Source of the DNA: Myxococcota bacterium | GTDB taxonomy: Bacteria > Myxococcota_A > Polyangia > Nannocystales > Nannocystaceae | Direction: 5' to 3' | NCBI GenBank assembly: GCA_039194325.1 | Contig: JBCCWC010000011.1 | Location: 66,174 to 130,173 of the forward strand | Length of the DNA: 64,000 nt | In this document: piece by piece, positions 49,501-58,297 of the stretch | Position numbering within the stretch: position 1 is the stretch's first letter | How the letters are laid out: each line of letters begins with the position of its first letter | Program-made: the position numbers and the translations under genes | The notes under the pieces: generated by a model | Databases searched by the model: none | The model's input: only the letters and a program-made list of their open reading frames with translations | What the model was told of the DNA's origin: nothing

Positions 49501-50236
49501 GGTGGGGCAGCTCTATGACCGACCGGTGCGCAACTACGACGCGTTCACCTTCACCGTCAACAAGCGCTTCGGCGACGGCTGGGTGCTGATCGGCAGCTAC
49601 ACCTACGCCCGGCAGCGAGGCAACCACGACGGCTTCGTGGATCCGGTGACCGGGGCGATCAACCTGGGCAGCTCGCTCCAGTACAACACCCCCGAGCTGG
49701 TGCGCAACAGCTTCGGCCCGCTGGCCTACGACTCACCCCACCGGCTCAACCTTGACGGCTTCTACTCCTTCGACCTGCGAGAGGCGGGGAGCCTGCTGGT
49801 CGGCGGCAGCGTGCGCCTGCGCTCGGGGTATCCGATCTCCATGCGAGGGGCCACCAACCGCTTCCCCGGCTCGTTTCCTATCTACGTGCTGCCTCGCGGG
49901 GCGGGGGGGCGCGTCAAACCCAACTATCAGATCAACGCCAACGTCCAGTACGCCTATCCGCTGGCCAGCACCTTGCAGCTGACGGTGGGAGCGCGGCTGT
50001 TCAACCTGACCAACGCCAAGGCCGTGCTGCGGGTGGACGAGGTCTACACCTTCGACAATGCCCGTCCGATCGCCGGCGGAGATCTGAACGATCTCAAGCA
50101 CGCCAAGGTGCAGTCTTCGCAGCGGCCCGGCGAGTTCTTTGCCCGGGAGATCCTGCGCCGGCAGGGGAACTTCGGCACCGAGACCGCGTTTCAGATCCCG
50201 CTGTTCGCCCAGTTCGATGTGGGGCTGATGTTCTGA
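46553..50236 (+). CDS. Oar-like TonB-dependent outer-membrane receptor with an N-terminal carboxypeptidase-regulatory-like domain
   Basis: ISGVVED...GLYSFRNLPAGKYTV, EFVEQVEV, GPLIKDRLF, HDRW...GLRWE, APRAGLVYD, FNLTN and a terminal Phe. The true start is probably downstream of 46553. Confidence 0.88.
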   Translation: MSLHRIQEPSPPGRLASPSSPSPIPLAVTLGVVRSVARPWSAGPGAVGILSRLTVSFPFLTRRRRLARGLSLGLARGLGGSLGLLTPLLVPTLAHAAGGGISGVVEDSQTREHIAGALVIVQCTCLPEPREMMTNDNGLYSFRNLPAGKYTVQVFAGQSTLTKVMDLARDEHARERFRLDPDKEEVREVVVTRAVRNTPSSGIRLGKEIRNLPAGSNPSRDALTAVVELTPTGGKDAAGPTVAGSTGAEVSFELDGMSLNSPTTGTVAMPMLQEFVEQVEVQEASVSARAGGFSGGRVSARRISGGNKMRGNARFTFTPRLGTPRTIVATDNAIRATETPDYQMEGAMGVTGPLIKDRLFGSLGIGVTGSRSTLLQSFHHRIDKNGSGGYEQCPYENGTFDCAAGGDYIATEQFYSKSFRTRRVQAQALVGLDWAINPKHRLGATFIGTPSFLRRSYRRPAGGNLDPDVFGSNPNADPLGGASTVANGVVDGAFGWDLGTASRANLEYKGRVAGDRIEIDANVGYLYSTFDEAWRLEDPTLRDRPATEERDAQGASLFRLLDRDEGLDLVGGVKEACNDAGLPGLTCPVRSWRSGGIGQYTKDRSSRIAANFALTHFFEAAGAHQLAWGSQFFHDQRRRRIQFSGQNDADFYDNCAAAGLSGDGGEWCFDERTSDYALRVDRAQQVDNHRIIYVDTDNPNRRVSQGFGRVRHEQGQLRAITNAQGHGVRVAAYDERVSSQNYAAFIHDRWALASNLFLDAGLRWEAQDMRDVRGQRAFLIRDNVAPRAGLVYDWTDEGRSRLYGGYGMFFQQLPLALLNRVYGGMVEVQRTFENSSCEGRTASTPQGDMPMFESGQPTGYCVDYDQNTSGLTAGSTVPRLRGQFDHVWQLGYEQEIIEDLTLGVRWLHRSLGRAVEDVSTDGGNNYIIANPGEAVAAEDIARQQARCAQLDADLADLAEDDPAQDELARQAQRCGFLADAFERVGQLYDRPVRNYDAFTFTVNKRFGDGWVLIGSYTYARQRGNHDGFVDPVTGAINLGSSLQYNTPELVRNSFGPLAYDSPHRLNLDGFYSFDLREAGSLLVGGSVRLRSGYPISMRGATNRFPGSFPIYVLPRGAGGRVKPNYQINANVQYAYPLASTLQLTVGARLFNLTNAKAVLRVDEVYTFDNARPIAGGDLNDLKHAKVQSSQRPGEFFAREILRRQGNFGTETAFQIPLFAQFDVGLMF

Positions 50237-50605
50237 GGGGTTGGGCGCGGACTGTCGGGGCCACGCGATCCGCGAGGCGACCGGGCCGGCACCACGAGGT
50301 CGTGAGCGTCACGAGCGGGCCCCGGGCGATCCGGTTGTGAAGCTTGTAAAATGCACACATGACCCGACGATGAGGGTGATGGGGGTAGGCCCCGTGACCG
50401 TCGTCAGGATCGCCATGAGTGCGGGTCGCGCGAGCCCACCGCGCATTCTGCATGGCGGCGTGATGGAGCGTAGGAGTGCGTAGAAGCGCTTGGAAGCGCA
50501 TCGGGTTCACCGGACGAGGTGTCGATCTCGTCCCGATGCACGTGCGCGGTGGCGCTACCCGACGACGGGCTCGACTCCGTCTACGATACGCCGCGAAACG
50601 CCGTC

Positions 50606-52192
50606 ATGCCTGGCTCTGCGTACGTCTTCATGATCCCGGGGTTCTTGGGGTTTATCGATCTCGGGCGCTTCGAGTACTTCCGTGGGGTCTGCGAGCGTCT
50701 GGGGGCGGCCCAGCGGGCGTGGGGCTCGTCGCCGACCTTCGTCCGGGTCGAGATCCATCCCAGCGCCTCGCTGCGGGAGCGAGCGACGCAGCTGGCCCAG
50801 GCGATGCACGACCACGCGGGCCAGGACGAACGACCGATCCACTTGGTGGCGCACTCCACCGGCGGCCTCGATGCTCGCCTGATGCTGACGCCGGGCGCCT
50901 CGCTGCCGTTGTCTTTCGATCTGGAGCGGCTGCTCGTGCGGGTGCGGAGCCTGGTGACGATCGCCACCCCCCACCACGGAACGCCGTTGGCTTCGTTCTT
51001 CGACGGCCTGCTGGGGCAGCGGATCATGCGGCTGGGTTCCACCGGGGCGGCCCATGCGTTGCGCGCCAGCCAGATCCCCATCGGACTCGCCGAGCGCTTG
51101 GTCGGCCTGCTGTCTCGCGTGGCCTCGAGGTCGGCCGCGTCCAAGTCGGACCAGACCGCGCTTGCTTCGGGCCCGTTGGATCAGCTCGACGCGCTACCGC
51201 AGGACGAGCGGGGCCCGCTGCAGCGCCTGCTCGAGCGCATGGCCGAAGATCAGGCGCTCGTGCCCCAGCTGGCTCCCGAGGGCTTGGAGCTGTTCAACAC
51301 CTCCACCAACGATCGCCCGGGCGTGCGCTACGGGTGCGTGGTAGCCCGAGCGCCGCGGCCCGGGATCCGCAGCGTGATCCGGGCGGGGGTGCGACCGGCG
51401 GCGCAGACCTCCTCGGCCCTCTACTCGGCGCTGCATCAGATCGCGGCGCGTACCCCCGAGGTTCGGGCGAAGTGCTTCGATCGCACCGCATGGCAGCAGA
51501 TCGCCGCCGCCTACGGTGATCCGGTCGAGTGGGTGGATAGTGACGGGGTCGTCCCTACTCTTTCGCAGGTCTGGGGCCAGGTCGTCCACGCCGCTTCGGC
51601 CGATCATCTCGACGTCGTGGGTCACTTTGCCGATGACGTTCGGCCCGCCGAGCACCATGACGTGTTCGTCAGCGGGGCGTCGTTCGGCCGCGCCGAGTTC
51701 GATGCGGTCTGGCGCGACGTGGCTGGCTTCTTGGCCCAGGCCGAAGCACCGGCAGCGACGCCCTTTGGGCAGCTGTCGCTGCCGCAGGGCTCGCCGTCGG
51801 CTTCGGCCTCGGTCTCACCCTCATCCTCGGGGTCGCGGTCGAGCTCGTTATCGCCGTCGGTTTCGTCCCCGCCGGCTGCCGTGGTGGCCCCGGTGGCGGT
51901 GGGTCCGGGCGCCGTTGCGCCGCCCGGCCGTCCGCCTGGCCGTCCGCCCGATCGGGCTGTGGCGACGGCGACGGCCGCCGCCGCCGTGACTGCTCCGGCC
52001 ATCGTCGCGCAAAAAAGCCGGCAGATCGGCCGGACGGTGGTCATTCGGCTGGTAGGGAGCACGCTCGCCTTCTTCGCCTACGAGGCATGGCGCGGGGCGG
52101 TCGGCTCCTTGGTGCTAGCCCACTGGCTTGGCTTTGTCGTATGCGCCATGGTCGTGTGGTTCGTGCTGGCGCGGATCCAGCGTGAGCCCTAG
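50606..52192 (+). CDS. Alpha/beta-hydrolase lipase with a Pro/Ser linker and C-terminal membrane anchor
   Basis: IPGFLGF, HLVAHSTGGLDAR, IATPHHGTPLA, DGVVP..SQ and ADHLDVVGH motifs, with two hydrophobic helices at the C-terminus. ATG at 50606. Confidence 0.87.
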   Translation: MPGSAYVFMIPGFLGFIDLGRFEYFRGVCERLGAAQRAWGSSPTFVRVEIHPSASLRERATQLAQAMHDHAGQDERPIHLVAHSTGGLDARLMLTPGASLPLSFDLERLLVRVRSLVTIATPHHGTPLASFFDGLLGQRIMRLGSTGAAHALRASQIPIGLAERLVGLLSRVASRSAASKSDQTALASGPLDQLDALPQDERGPLQRLLERMAEDQALVPQLAPEGLELFNTSTNDRPGVRYGCVVARAPRPGIRSVIRAGVRPAAQTSSALYSALHQIAARTPEVRAKCFDRTAWQQIAAAYGDPVEWVDSDGVVPTLSQVWGQVVHAASADHLDVVGHFADDVRPAEHHDVFVSGASFGRAEFDAVWRDVAGFLAQAEAPAATPFGQLSLPQGSPSASASVSPSSSGSRSSSLSPSVSSPPAAVVAPVAVGPGAVAPPGRPPGRPPDRAVATATAAAAVTAPAIVAQKSRQIGRTVVIRLVGSTLAFFAYEAWRGAVGSLVLAHWLGFVVCAMVVWFVLARIQREP

Positions 52193-52359
52193 CGAGTCGC
52201 CGACGGCCGCTCGATCGAAGCTCGCGATCGAGCACCGTGGCCCACCCACGGACCACCCCCGGCCAACCCGTGGGCCACCAGATATTTAGATCGCCGCCAA
52301 CTCTGCGAGATCTTTGCTCGCACCCCTCGGAACTGTTTTCGCACTGGTTTCGGGTCGAG

Positions 52360-53373
52360 ATGCCGAGCGGCCCCCGATATCGCAACCCGCACGACGCCCT
52401 GGTGCGCTACGTCTTCAGCCGGCCTGAAGCGGTCGCGATCGAGCTGCGCCATGTCGTCGACCCGGCGCTCCATCCGTTCATCGACTTCGAGTCCATCCGG
52501 CCTCTACCCACGGTGGATTCCAACGCGATGCTCGACACCAGTTTTGCCGACCTACGGTTCTTGGTCGACCTGGTCGACCAAGAGGTTCGCGTGCCGCTGT
52601 GCCTGGCGTTCGAGCACCAATCCACGCTCGATTTGCTGCTGGCCTGCCGCACTCTGGACTACATGGGCAGCACCTGGCGCCAGTTCATGCGCGACGATCC
52701 CAAGCGCACTACCGTGCCCGCCATCTTGCCCATCGTTCTGCTCCAGCGCCCGGCTTGTCGCACCCCACGGAAATTGAGCGAGCTCTTTTCGTTGACGCCG
52801 ACGCTCCGTCAACGGCTGGGGCCCACCGTGGAGCTCAATATGCTCGTCGACGATCTCTCCGGCTCGGTCCTGGGCGATTCTCTGGCACGCCCAGGACCAC
52901 TAGCGTTGGTCGAGATCGCCCGGGCCTTGCTGCATGCCTACCGGAATCTTTCGTCATTGACGCTGTCTCGTCTGGAGAGCTTGGCACCACAGTTCGACCT
53001 GGTGCTGGAACAAGAACCCCCACTTGGCATCGAAGACATGCGTGCGCTATGGACGTATGTCATCACGGTGTTCAAGCCAAATTCACCGCTGCGTGAACTC
53101 ATCCTCGAATCTGTGAGCAGAAAGGCCAAAGAGATGTACCGAACGATCGCCGACGAACTACGAGACGAAGGCATTGCCCAGGGTCGCACCGAAGGCCGCA
53201 CCGAAGGCATTGCCCTGGCACTGCTCGACGTGCTCGACCACCGGACCTTGCCGATCTCCAAGAATCAGCGCGAACAGGTCCTGGCCATTCGGGACGAAGA
53301 TGTCCTCCGTCAATGGCTCGGGCGCGCCTTCACGATCGGCTCCACCGATGAGCTGTTCGATGCCGGCCGCTGA
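52360..53373 (+). CDS. Rpn/YhgA-family recombination-promoting nuclease (putative transposase)
   Basis: PHDALVRYVF, ADLRF, FEHQS, RTLDY, PAILPIVL and the MYRTIADELRDEGIAQGRTEGRTEG tail. ATG at 52360. Confidence 0.88.
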   Translation: MPSGPRYRNPHDALVRYVFSRPEAVAIELRHVVDPALHPFIDFESIRPLPTVDSNAMLDTSFADLRFLVDLVDQEVRVPLCLAFEHQSTLDLLLACRTLDYMGSTWRQFMRDDPKRTTVPAILPIVLLQRPACRTPRKLSELFSLTPTLRQRLGPTVELNMLVDDLSGSVLGDSLARPGPLALVEIARALLHAYRNLSSLTLSRLESLAPQFDLVLEQEPPLGIEDMRALWTYVITVFKPNSPLRELILESVSRKAKEMYRTIADELRDEGIAQGRTEGRTEGIALALLDVLDHRTLPISKNQREQVLAIRDEDVLRQWLGRAFTIGSTDELFDAGR

Positions 53374-53533
53374 GCCTGTGGCCCGGGCTTGTCCCGTACA
53401 TCGCAGAGCGACCCGATGAGAGAATTCTCCGCACTACCAGGGGATTTCGGCGGTCGAAGCGTCCGAGGGCGCACGACTATAGGCTTTCGTGATCGGATCG
53501 CTGCTGATCCACACCAACACTTCCCTCGCTGCA

Positions 53534-54352
53534 ATGTCCGATTTCAATCCATATCCACCATCTCAGGGGCTGCCTGACGCCCGACCCTCCGGTGCACATG
53601 GCCCGTATGATCCAGCGCCGGCCTCCGAGCCGTCGGCGGACGGGTCGTTTGCCGAGCACGAGCCGCGCACGGTCGCCGAGGCATCGCCGGCGGCTCGCGC
53701 TCGGTTCATCGAGCGCACCTATCTGCACTTGGCCGGCGCGATCGTTGCGTTCGTGGTCTTGCTATCCATCGCGATCAACCTGCCGGGCATCGAGCGCCTG
53801 GTGATGGCCATGATCGAGTCGCCCGCGTCTTGGGGCCTGGTCCTCGTCTTGTTCTTCGGTGCCAGTTGGCTGGCCGATCATTGGGCCCGCAGCGATCGCT
53901 CGCGGGGCGCCCAGTATGCGGGGCTGGCTCTTTATACCGTGGCCGAGGTCATCACCTTCATCCCGCTGGTTTACATCGCTCGGCTGATGGTGGGTACCAC
54001 GCCGATCTTCATGGTCGGGGCCGCCACGCTGGCGATCTTCGCTGCGCTCACCGCCTATGTGTTCATCACCCGCAAGGACTTCTCCTTCATGCGGGGTGTG
54101 CTGGTGGTGCTTAGCATCGGTGCCCTCGGTCTGGTCGTGGGCAGCCTCGTGTTCGGCTTCAACCTCGGCCTGGTCTTCAGCGTGGGCATGTGCGTGCTCG
54201 CGGCCGGCTACATCCTTTATCACACGTCCAACGTGCTGCATCACTATCGCACCGATCAGCATGTCGCGGCTTCGATGGCGTTATTGTCGGCGCTGGCCCT
54301 GCTGTTTTGGTATGCGCTGCGGATCTTGCTGGAGCTGGCCAGTAGCGACTAG
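53534..54352 (+). CDS. Bax inhibitor-1/YccA family membrane protein
   Basis: RFIERTYLHL, multiple TM segments, TRKDFSFM, ILYHTSNV and LFWY motifs. ATG at 53534. Confidence 0.9.
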   Translation: MSDFNPYPPSQGLPDARPSGAHGPYDPAPASEPSADGSFAEHEPRTVAEASPAARARFIERTYLHLAGAIVAFVVLLSIAINLPGIERLVMAMIESPASWGLVLVLFFGASWLADHWARSDRSRGAQYAGLALYTVAEVITFIPLVYIARLMVGTTPIFMVGAATLAIFAALTAYVFITRKDFSFMRGVLVVLSIGALGLVVGSLVFGFNLGLVFSVGMCVLAAGYILYHTSNVLHHYRTDQHVAASMALLSALALLFWYALRILLELASSD

Positions 54353-54411
54353 TCATGGATCGAGCGCTTGGTGCTCGATCCATGGATCAGGAGGGCACGG
54401 GCAGGTGGCCC

Positions 54412-54888
54412 TTACTCAGCGGTAGTTCCGCCCCAAGGGTCACCCGAGGAGCTCTCCCAGGGGTCGCCGGTAGTTCCGCCCCAAGGGTCACCAGAGGAGC
54501 TCTCCCAAGGATCGCCGGTGGTGCCAGGCCACGGGCCGCCATCGGAGCTCTCCCAGCCCCCGGCGGTGGTGCCTCCCCAGGAGTCGCTTCCACCGGTGGC
54601 GGTGGTGGTGGTGCTTCCCCAGGAGTCGCTGCCACCGGTGGCGGTGGTGGTGGTGCCTCCCCAGGAGTCGCTGCCACCGGTGGCGGTGGTGGTGGTGCCT
54701 CCCCAGGAGTCGCTGCCGCCGGCGGTGGTGCCTGCGTCCTCATCACCGTCGGTGGGATCTACGGTCGTGCCTTCCCCGGTGTAGCTGCTGCTGTTGCTGT
54801 CGATCTCTATGTCGATGTCGCATGCGGACGTGACCGCGAGGCCGCCGAGCAGCGGAAGTACGAGGGACCATCGATAGTGCGTGTTCAT
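54412..54888 (-). CDS. Small lipoprotein made largely of Trp-containing tandem repeats
   Basis: GGAG SD and TSAC lipobox; 14-aa repeat GGSDSWGGTTTTAT x3-4 (42-bp period) followed by 16-aa repeat GTTGDPWESSSGDPWG x2 (48-bp period). Confidence 0.8.
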   Translation of the reverse strand: MNTHYRWSLVLPLLGGLAVTSACDIDIEIDSNSSSYTGEGTTVDPTDGDEDAGTTAGGSDSWGGTTTTATGGSDSWGGTTTTATGGSDSWGSTTTTATGGSDSWGGTTAGGWESSDGGPWPGTTGDPWESSSGDPWGGTTGDPWESSSGDPWGGTTAE

Positions 54889-55060
54889 TGTCGTTCTCCA
54901 GGTATGGAGCGCCGTCGAGGCGCGGTGATCCCCGTAGGCGCGACGACTGCTTACGCCGCGCTCGTGTACATCATCGGGTCTCACAATTCAGTTGTCCGTT
55001 CCGCCGCGAGCTCGTCACCCATCGATTCGTTGGCGAGACGATCGACTCTGGACTCGCACC

Positions 55061-55450
55061 TCAGGTCGTGGTCCCGCCGTCGGTCGAGGTCTCGAACGTC
55101 GTGGTGGTATCGGACGCGGTCCCCGTCGGAAGGTCTGCGGTGGAGCTCGAGGTATACGCCTCGGTGGTCCCCGCCGCGCCATCGCTTGACTCGCTGGGAT
55201 CGCCTCCGGTGGTGCTGTTCCCGTCGTCGGTGTCACCGGTCATTGGCCACGACTCGGTCGTCCACGAGCTCGACTCGGCGGTCGTGGACTCGGCGGTCGT
55301 GGACTCGGTGGTCGCTGACTCGGTGGTGCCGGTGGACTGGCCCGTGCCGGTGGGTTGCGGCAGTACGCCGACCGAGGTCGGGGGTGGCGAGCAGCCAAGC
55401 ACTATCGGTAAGACCGCGACGCCTCGCCACCCCGCGCCGCGACGCCTCAC
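55061..55450 (-). CDS. Small Thr/Ser-rich lipoprotein
   Basis: GTG at 55450 overlaps the upstream stop (GTGA). VLGC lipobox and TTAES repeats. Confidence 0.65.
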   Translation of the reverse strand: MRRRGAGWRGVAVLPIVLGCSPPPTSVGVLPQPTGTGQSTGTTESATTESTTAESTTAESSSWTTESWPMTGDTDDGNSTTGGDPSESSDGAAGTTEAYTSSSTADLPTGTASDTTTTFETSTDGGTTT

Positions 55451-56307
55451 GGCCTGTCCTCGCTCGCACATCCTCGGCGCAGCTGAGGCGCCCACGGCGA
55501 GCGGGGGTTGGCGGCGAGGGCGGCGGCGGCCTTGCGTTCGGCTCGCGCAGGGCGACCCACCGCGCATAGGGCCCGCACCTCGAGCAGATCGCGTTCGGGG
55601 GTCAGCATGCCGTCGGCGAATCGCTGGGCGTGGTCGCGCAGCAGGGCCAGGGCGCGCTCGGGCCGGTTGGACGCGAGGGCTCGCTTGACGGACTGGAGCA
55701 GCTCGACCTCGACTTCGATCGATGGCGGCGTACGATCGTCGGAGATCCCAGGGTCTTGCTTGGCGCGGCGCGGCCGAGGGATCGGAGCCGGCGACGTAGC
55801 GCTCGCTTCGGGCTCGGGGATTGCCGGCGGCAGCATTGGGGCCGAGGCCGGGGTGGGGCTCGAAGGCTCGGTCTCGGTCTCGGGCTCGGTCTTGGTCTCG
55901 GTCTCGGTCTCGGTCTCGGGTGTCGGGATCGCGGCGGAGGCCGCGGGCCGCCGCGAGGGCACGTGTCGGCGTGCCGTGTCGATCAGCGGTGGGTCGTCGA
56001 CCTCGAAGTTGGCCGCGTCGTGGGAGTCTGCCTCGTTGCTCGGCGAAGCGAGCCGGGGCTCGGCCATCGCGATGGTGACGACGATGGCCGCCGCGGCCGC
56101 CAGCACGCCCAGGCCGATGCCCACGAGCATCCCGCGCCGCCGCGGGGCCTTGCGGTCGAGCTCGGCTTCGTCGTCGAGCAGCGGCCCCAGCTCGCCTCGA
56201 CGGGCACGCCCGTGGACCGCCGCCCACAGCTCGGCCTGCTCCTGCGCGGTGGGGCCCTGGGTGTCGCGGTAGGCCGCGAAGTGATCACCGAGCCGCGGAT
56301 CGCTCAC
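55447..56307 (-). CDS. Putative membrane anti-sigma factor with a C-terminal TPR-like helical domain
   Basis: GTG overlaps the ECF stop. Short cytoplasmic N-terminus, one TM, Pro/Glu-Thr linker, then EVELL...AL.LL..H...F..G.L..ER...VRALC. Confidence 0.75.
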   Translation of the reverse strand: MSDPRLGDHFAAYRDTQGPTAQEQAELWAAVHGRARRGELGPLLDDEAELDRKAPRRRGMLVGIGLGVLAAAAAIVVTIAMAEPRLASPSNEADSHDAANFEVDDPPLIDTARRHVPSRRPAASAAIPTPETETETETKTEPETETEPSSPTPASAPMLPPAIPEPEASATSPAPIPRPRRAKQDPGISDDRTPPSIEVEVELLQSVKRALASNRPERALALLRDHAQRFADGMLTPERDLLEVRALCAVGRPARAERKAAAALAANPRSPWAPQLRRGCASEDRP

Positions 56308-56843
56308 CCTTCGTCCTCCTGGCTGGCGCCGTCCGGTCGTAGCGCACGCAGTCGAGCTCGCAGTTTCTTGCGGGCCAGCTTGAGGCGCGAGTACACGGTG
56401 TTGCGCGAGACTCCGCTCAGCTCGGCGACGTCTGCCGGACTGAGGCCCTCGATCTCCACGAGCACGATCGCCAGCCGCTGATCCTCGTCGAGCTGGTCGA
56501 GCGCGTGGGCCAAGGCGCGCCCCATCTCGAGTCGATCCGACGAATCGGGATCCCGCTCGACGGGCGGGCTGACCAAGCGCAGGCGGCGCTCGCGTCGCAT
56601 GGTCGAGCGATGGAAGTTCCGCACCACACCGCGGCAGATCCCGGCGATCCACGCCTTGATCGGCGCCCGACCGTCGTAGTCCGGCAGCCGACGGTGGATC
56701 ACCAGGAACACGTCTTGAACGACATCGCCCACCGATTCCTCCGGGACGCCCATTCTCCGCACGAGCCGCCACGCAAAGTGGACGTGCTCCCGATAGACCG
56801 CCGACAGATCATCGATGGCATCGTGGATCATCGCGTGGGTCAT
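56304..56843 (-). CDS. ECF-type RNA polymerase sigma factor
   Basis: DVVQDVF, WIAGI, ALDQL...QR and EGLSPADVAELSGVSRNTVYSRLKLAR (regions 2 and 4). Confidence 0.92.
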   Translation of the reverse strand: MTHAMIHDAIDDLSAVYREHVHFAWRLVRRMGVPEESVGDVVQDVFLVIHRRLPDYDGRAPIKAWIAGICRGVVRNFHRSTMRRERRLRLVSPPVERDPDSSDRLEMGRALAHALDQLDEDQRLAIVLVEIEGLSPADVAELSGVSRNTVYSRLKLARKKLRARLRALRPDGASQEDEG

Positions 56844-56919
56844 CGGTGGATCGCCGGTCTCCCGCGGCTTGGAGCGCGGATGCATGCGTAGGTTGATTGT
56901 CCGCAACCTCCCCCCCTCG

Positions 56920-57933
56920 TCACGGCACGCGAAATTCCACCCCGATGCTCGCGAGACCGGCCAGGGGGGGAATGCGATAAATTGGCACTTGAACGCTGTT
57001 CGTGTCCACTGAGAGCGCGGGGCGAACGAGGGGGAACAGGGCTTCGAGGCGAGCGGTCAGGGCCCAGCGCGGGCTGAGCATCACGCTCACCCCCGCGGAT
57101 GCGGTGATGGCGCTCCACACCTCGGCCGTAGGGCGCGGTTGCTCCAGACCTCGCTGCGGTCGAGCTTGAAATCCCCCGAGCCCTATTCCCGCACACAGCG
57201 GGAGCTCGACGCGCCCGACCGCAGGTCGCCGGCAGCCTCGGAGTGTTCCGTGGGTGAGCGCCAGCCCGATCTCGGCCGAGCGATCGATCGAGAGGGTTCG
57301 TGCGAGCCAGTGCGTGGCGCCCAGCTCGATTCCCCACGCACCATGACGCCAGCCCACCACTGCACCGACCCCCAGCGTCAGCGGGGTGGTCACCTGGGTG
57401 CCCAGGCTCAGTTCGGGGGCCAGCGACCACCGGGACGAGGGTCGGGCGCGGGTCGAGGCGCGATCGACCGATGCCATTGGGGGGCGGGGGGTCGACGAGG
57501 GCGACGAACCCTTCGCGGGCTCGGGCGGTGGTGAGACGCTCTTCGCGGGCTCGGGCGCGGGCGTGGGCTTGGGCTCGGGCGGATCCAGTGCCGGTGCGGT
57601 CGACGGCGGAGGGCGGGGCATCGGCTCTGTGTTGACGGCGACCGCCATGATCAACGCCGCGGCGCCGATGATCTCCTCGCAGGTCTTGGCCTCGACCTCA
57701 CGGGTGATCCGCTCCTGGTCGCGGTGGACGACCAGGGAGAGGCGATAGCCCGATCCCAAGGGGCGTACGACCGCCTCGGCCGCGAGCGCGCTCGATGCGT
57801 TGGCGCCGAGCATCTCGTGGACCCGGGCGCGAACCTCGCTAGTGTCGGCACAGTCCGGGGGACCGTCCCACTCGAGGGTCACCGCGTCTGCGGGGCCGAG
57901 CGCGAGCACCAGGGGCAAGGACAGCAGCGCCAT
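56920..57933 (-). CDS. Secreted/outer-membrane protein upstream of the ECF sigma factor
   Basis: Signal peptide, LEWDGPPDC...C pair, Pro-rich linker, and amphipathic strands ending IGVEFRVP. Confidence 0.75.
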   Translation of the reverse strand: MALLSLPLVLALGPADAVTLEWDGPPDCADTSEVRARVHEMLGANASSALAAEAVVRPLGSGYRLSLVVHRDQERITREVEAKTCEEIIGAAALIMAVAVNTEPMPRPPPSTAPALDPPEPKPTPAPEPAKSVSPPPEPAKGSSPSSTPRPPMASVDRASTRARPSSRWSLAPELSLGTQVTTPLTLGVGAVVGWRHGAWGIELGATHWLARTLSIDRSAEIGLALTHGTLRGCRRPAVGRVELPLCAGIGLGGFQARPQRGLEQPRPTAEVWSAITASAGVSVMLSPRWALTARLEALFPLVRPALSVDTNSVQVPIYRIPPLAGLASIGVEFRVP

Positions 57934-58297
57934 CGAGGGGTGCCGTAGACCCTAGCAGCCTTGCCCAGGGGTCACCACGATCGGGGTTCCACGGGCCTGG
58001 CGTGGGTCCGGAAATGTCACCATGTGATTTATTCATGAAGGATAGTGTTCACTATGAATCAACAACATCGTGAACGATATTCCGCATCGTGCCACGCTTC
58101 GCTCGCGCGGTGCGAGGCGTCGCGCGTCATCGGCTCGACTCGGTGCCTGGTCGCTCGCGCTAGATCGCTGCAAACGAGGGGGGGCGCCGCACTGCGTCGA
58201 CACGGTCATGACCGAGTCTATAGCGTGTGTCATGCGGACCCGCAGCTCGGGTCGGGCGTCAATTCGGGCGAGGGCTTGGCCGTGCTCGTCCGGCGGG

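Noticed and set aside
54420..54725. Possible CRISPR-like or non-coding repeat array
   Set aside because: The 42-bp and 48-bp periods are in-frame coding repeats without unique spacers.
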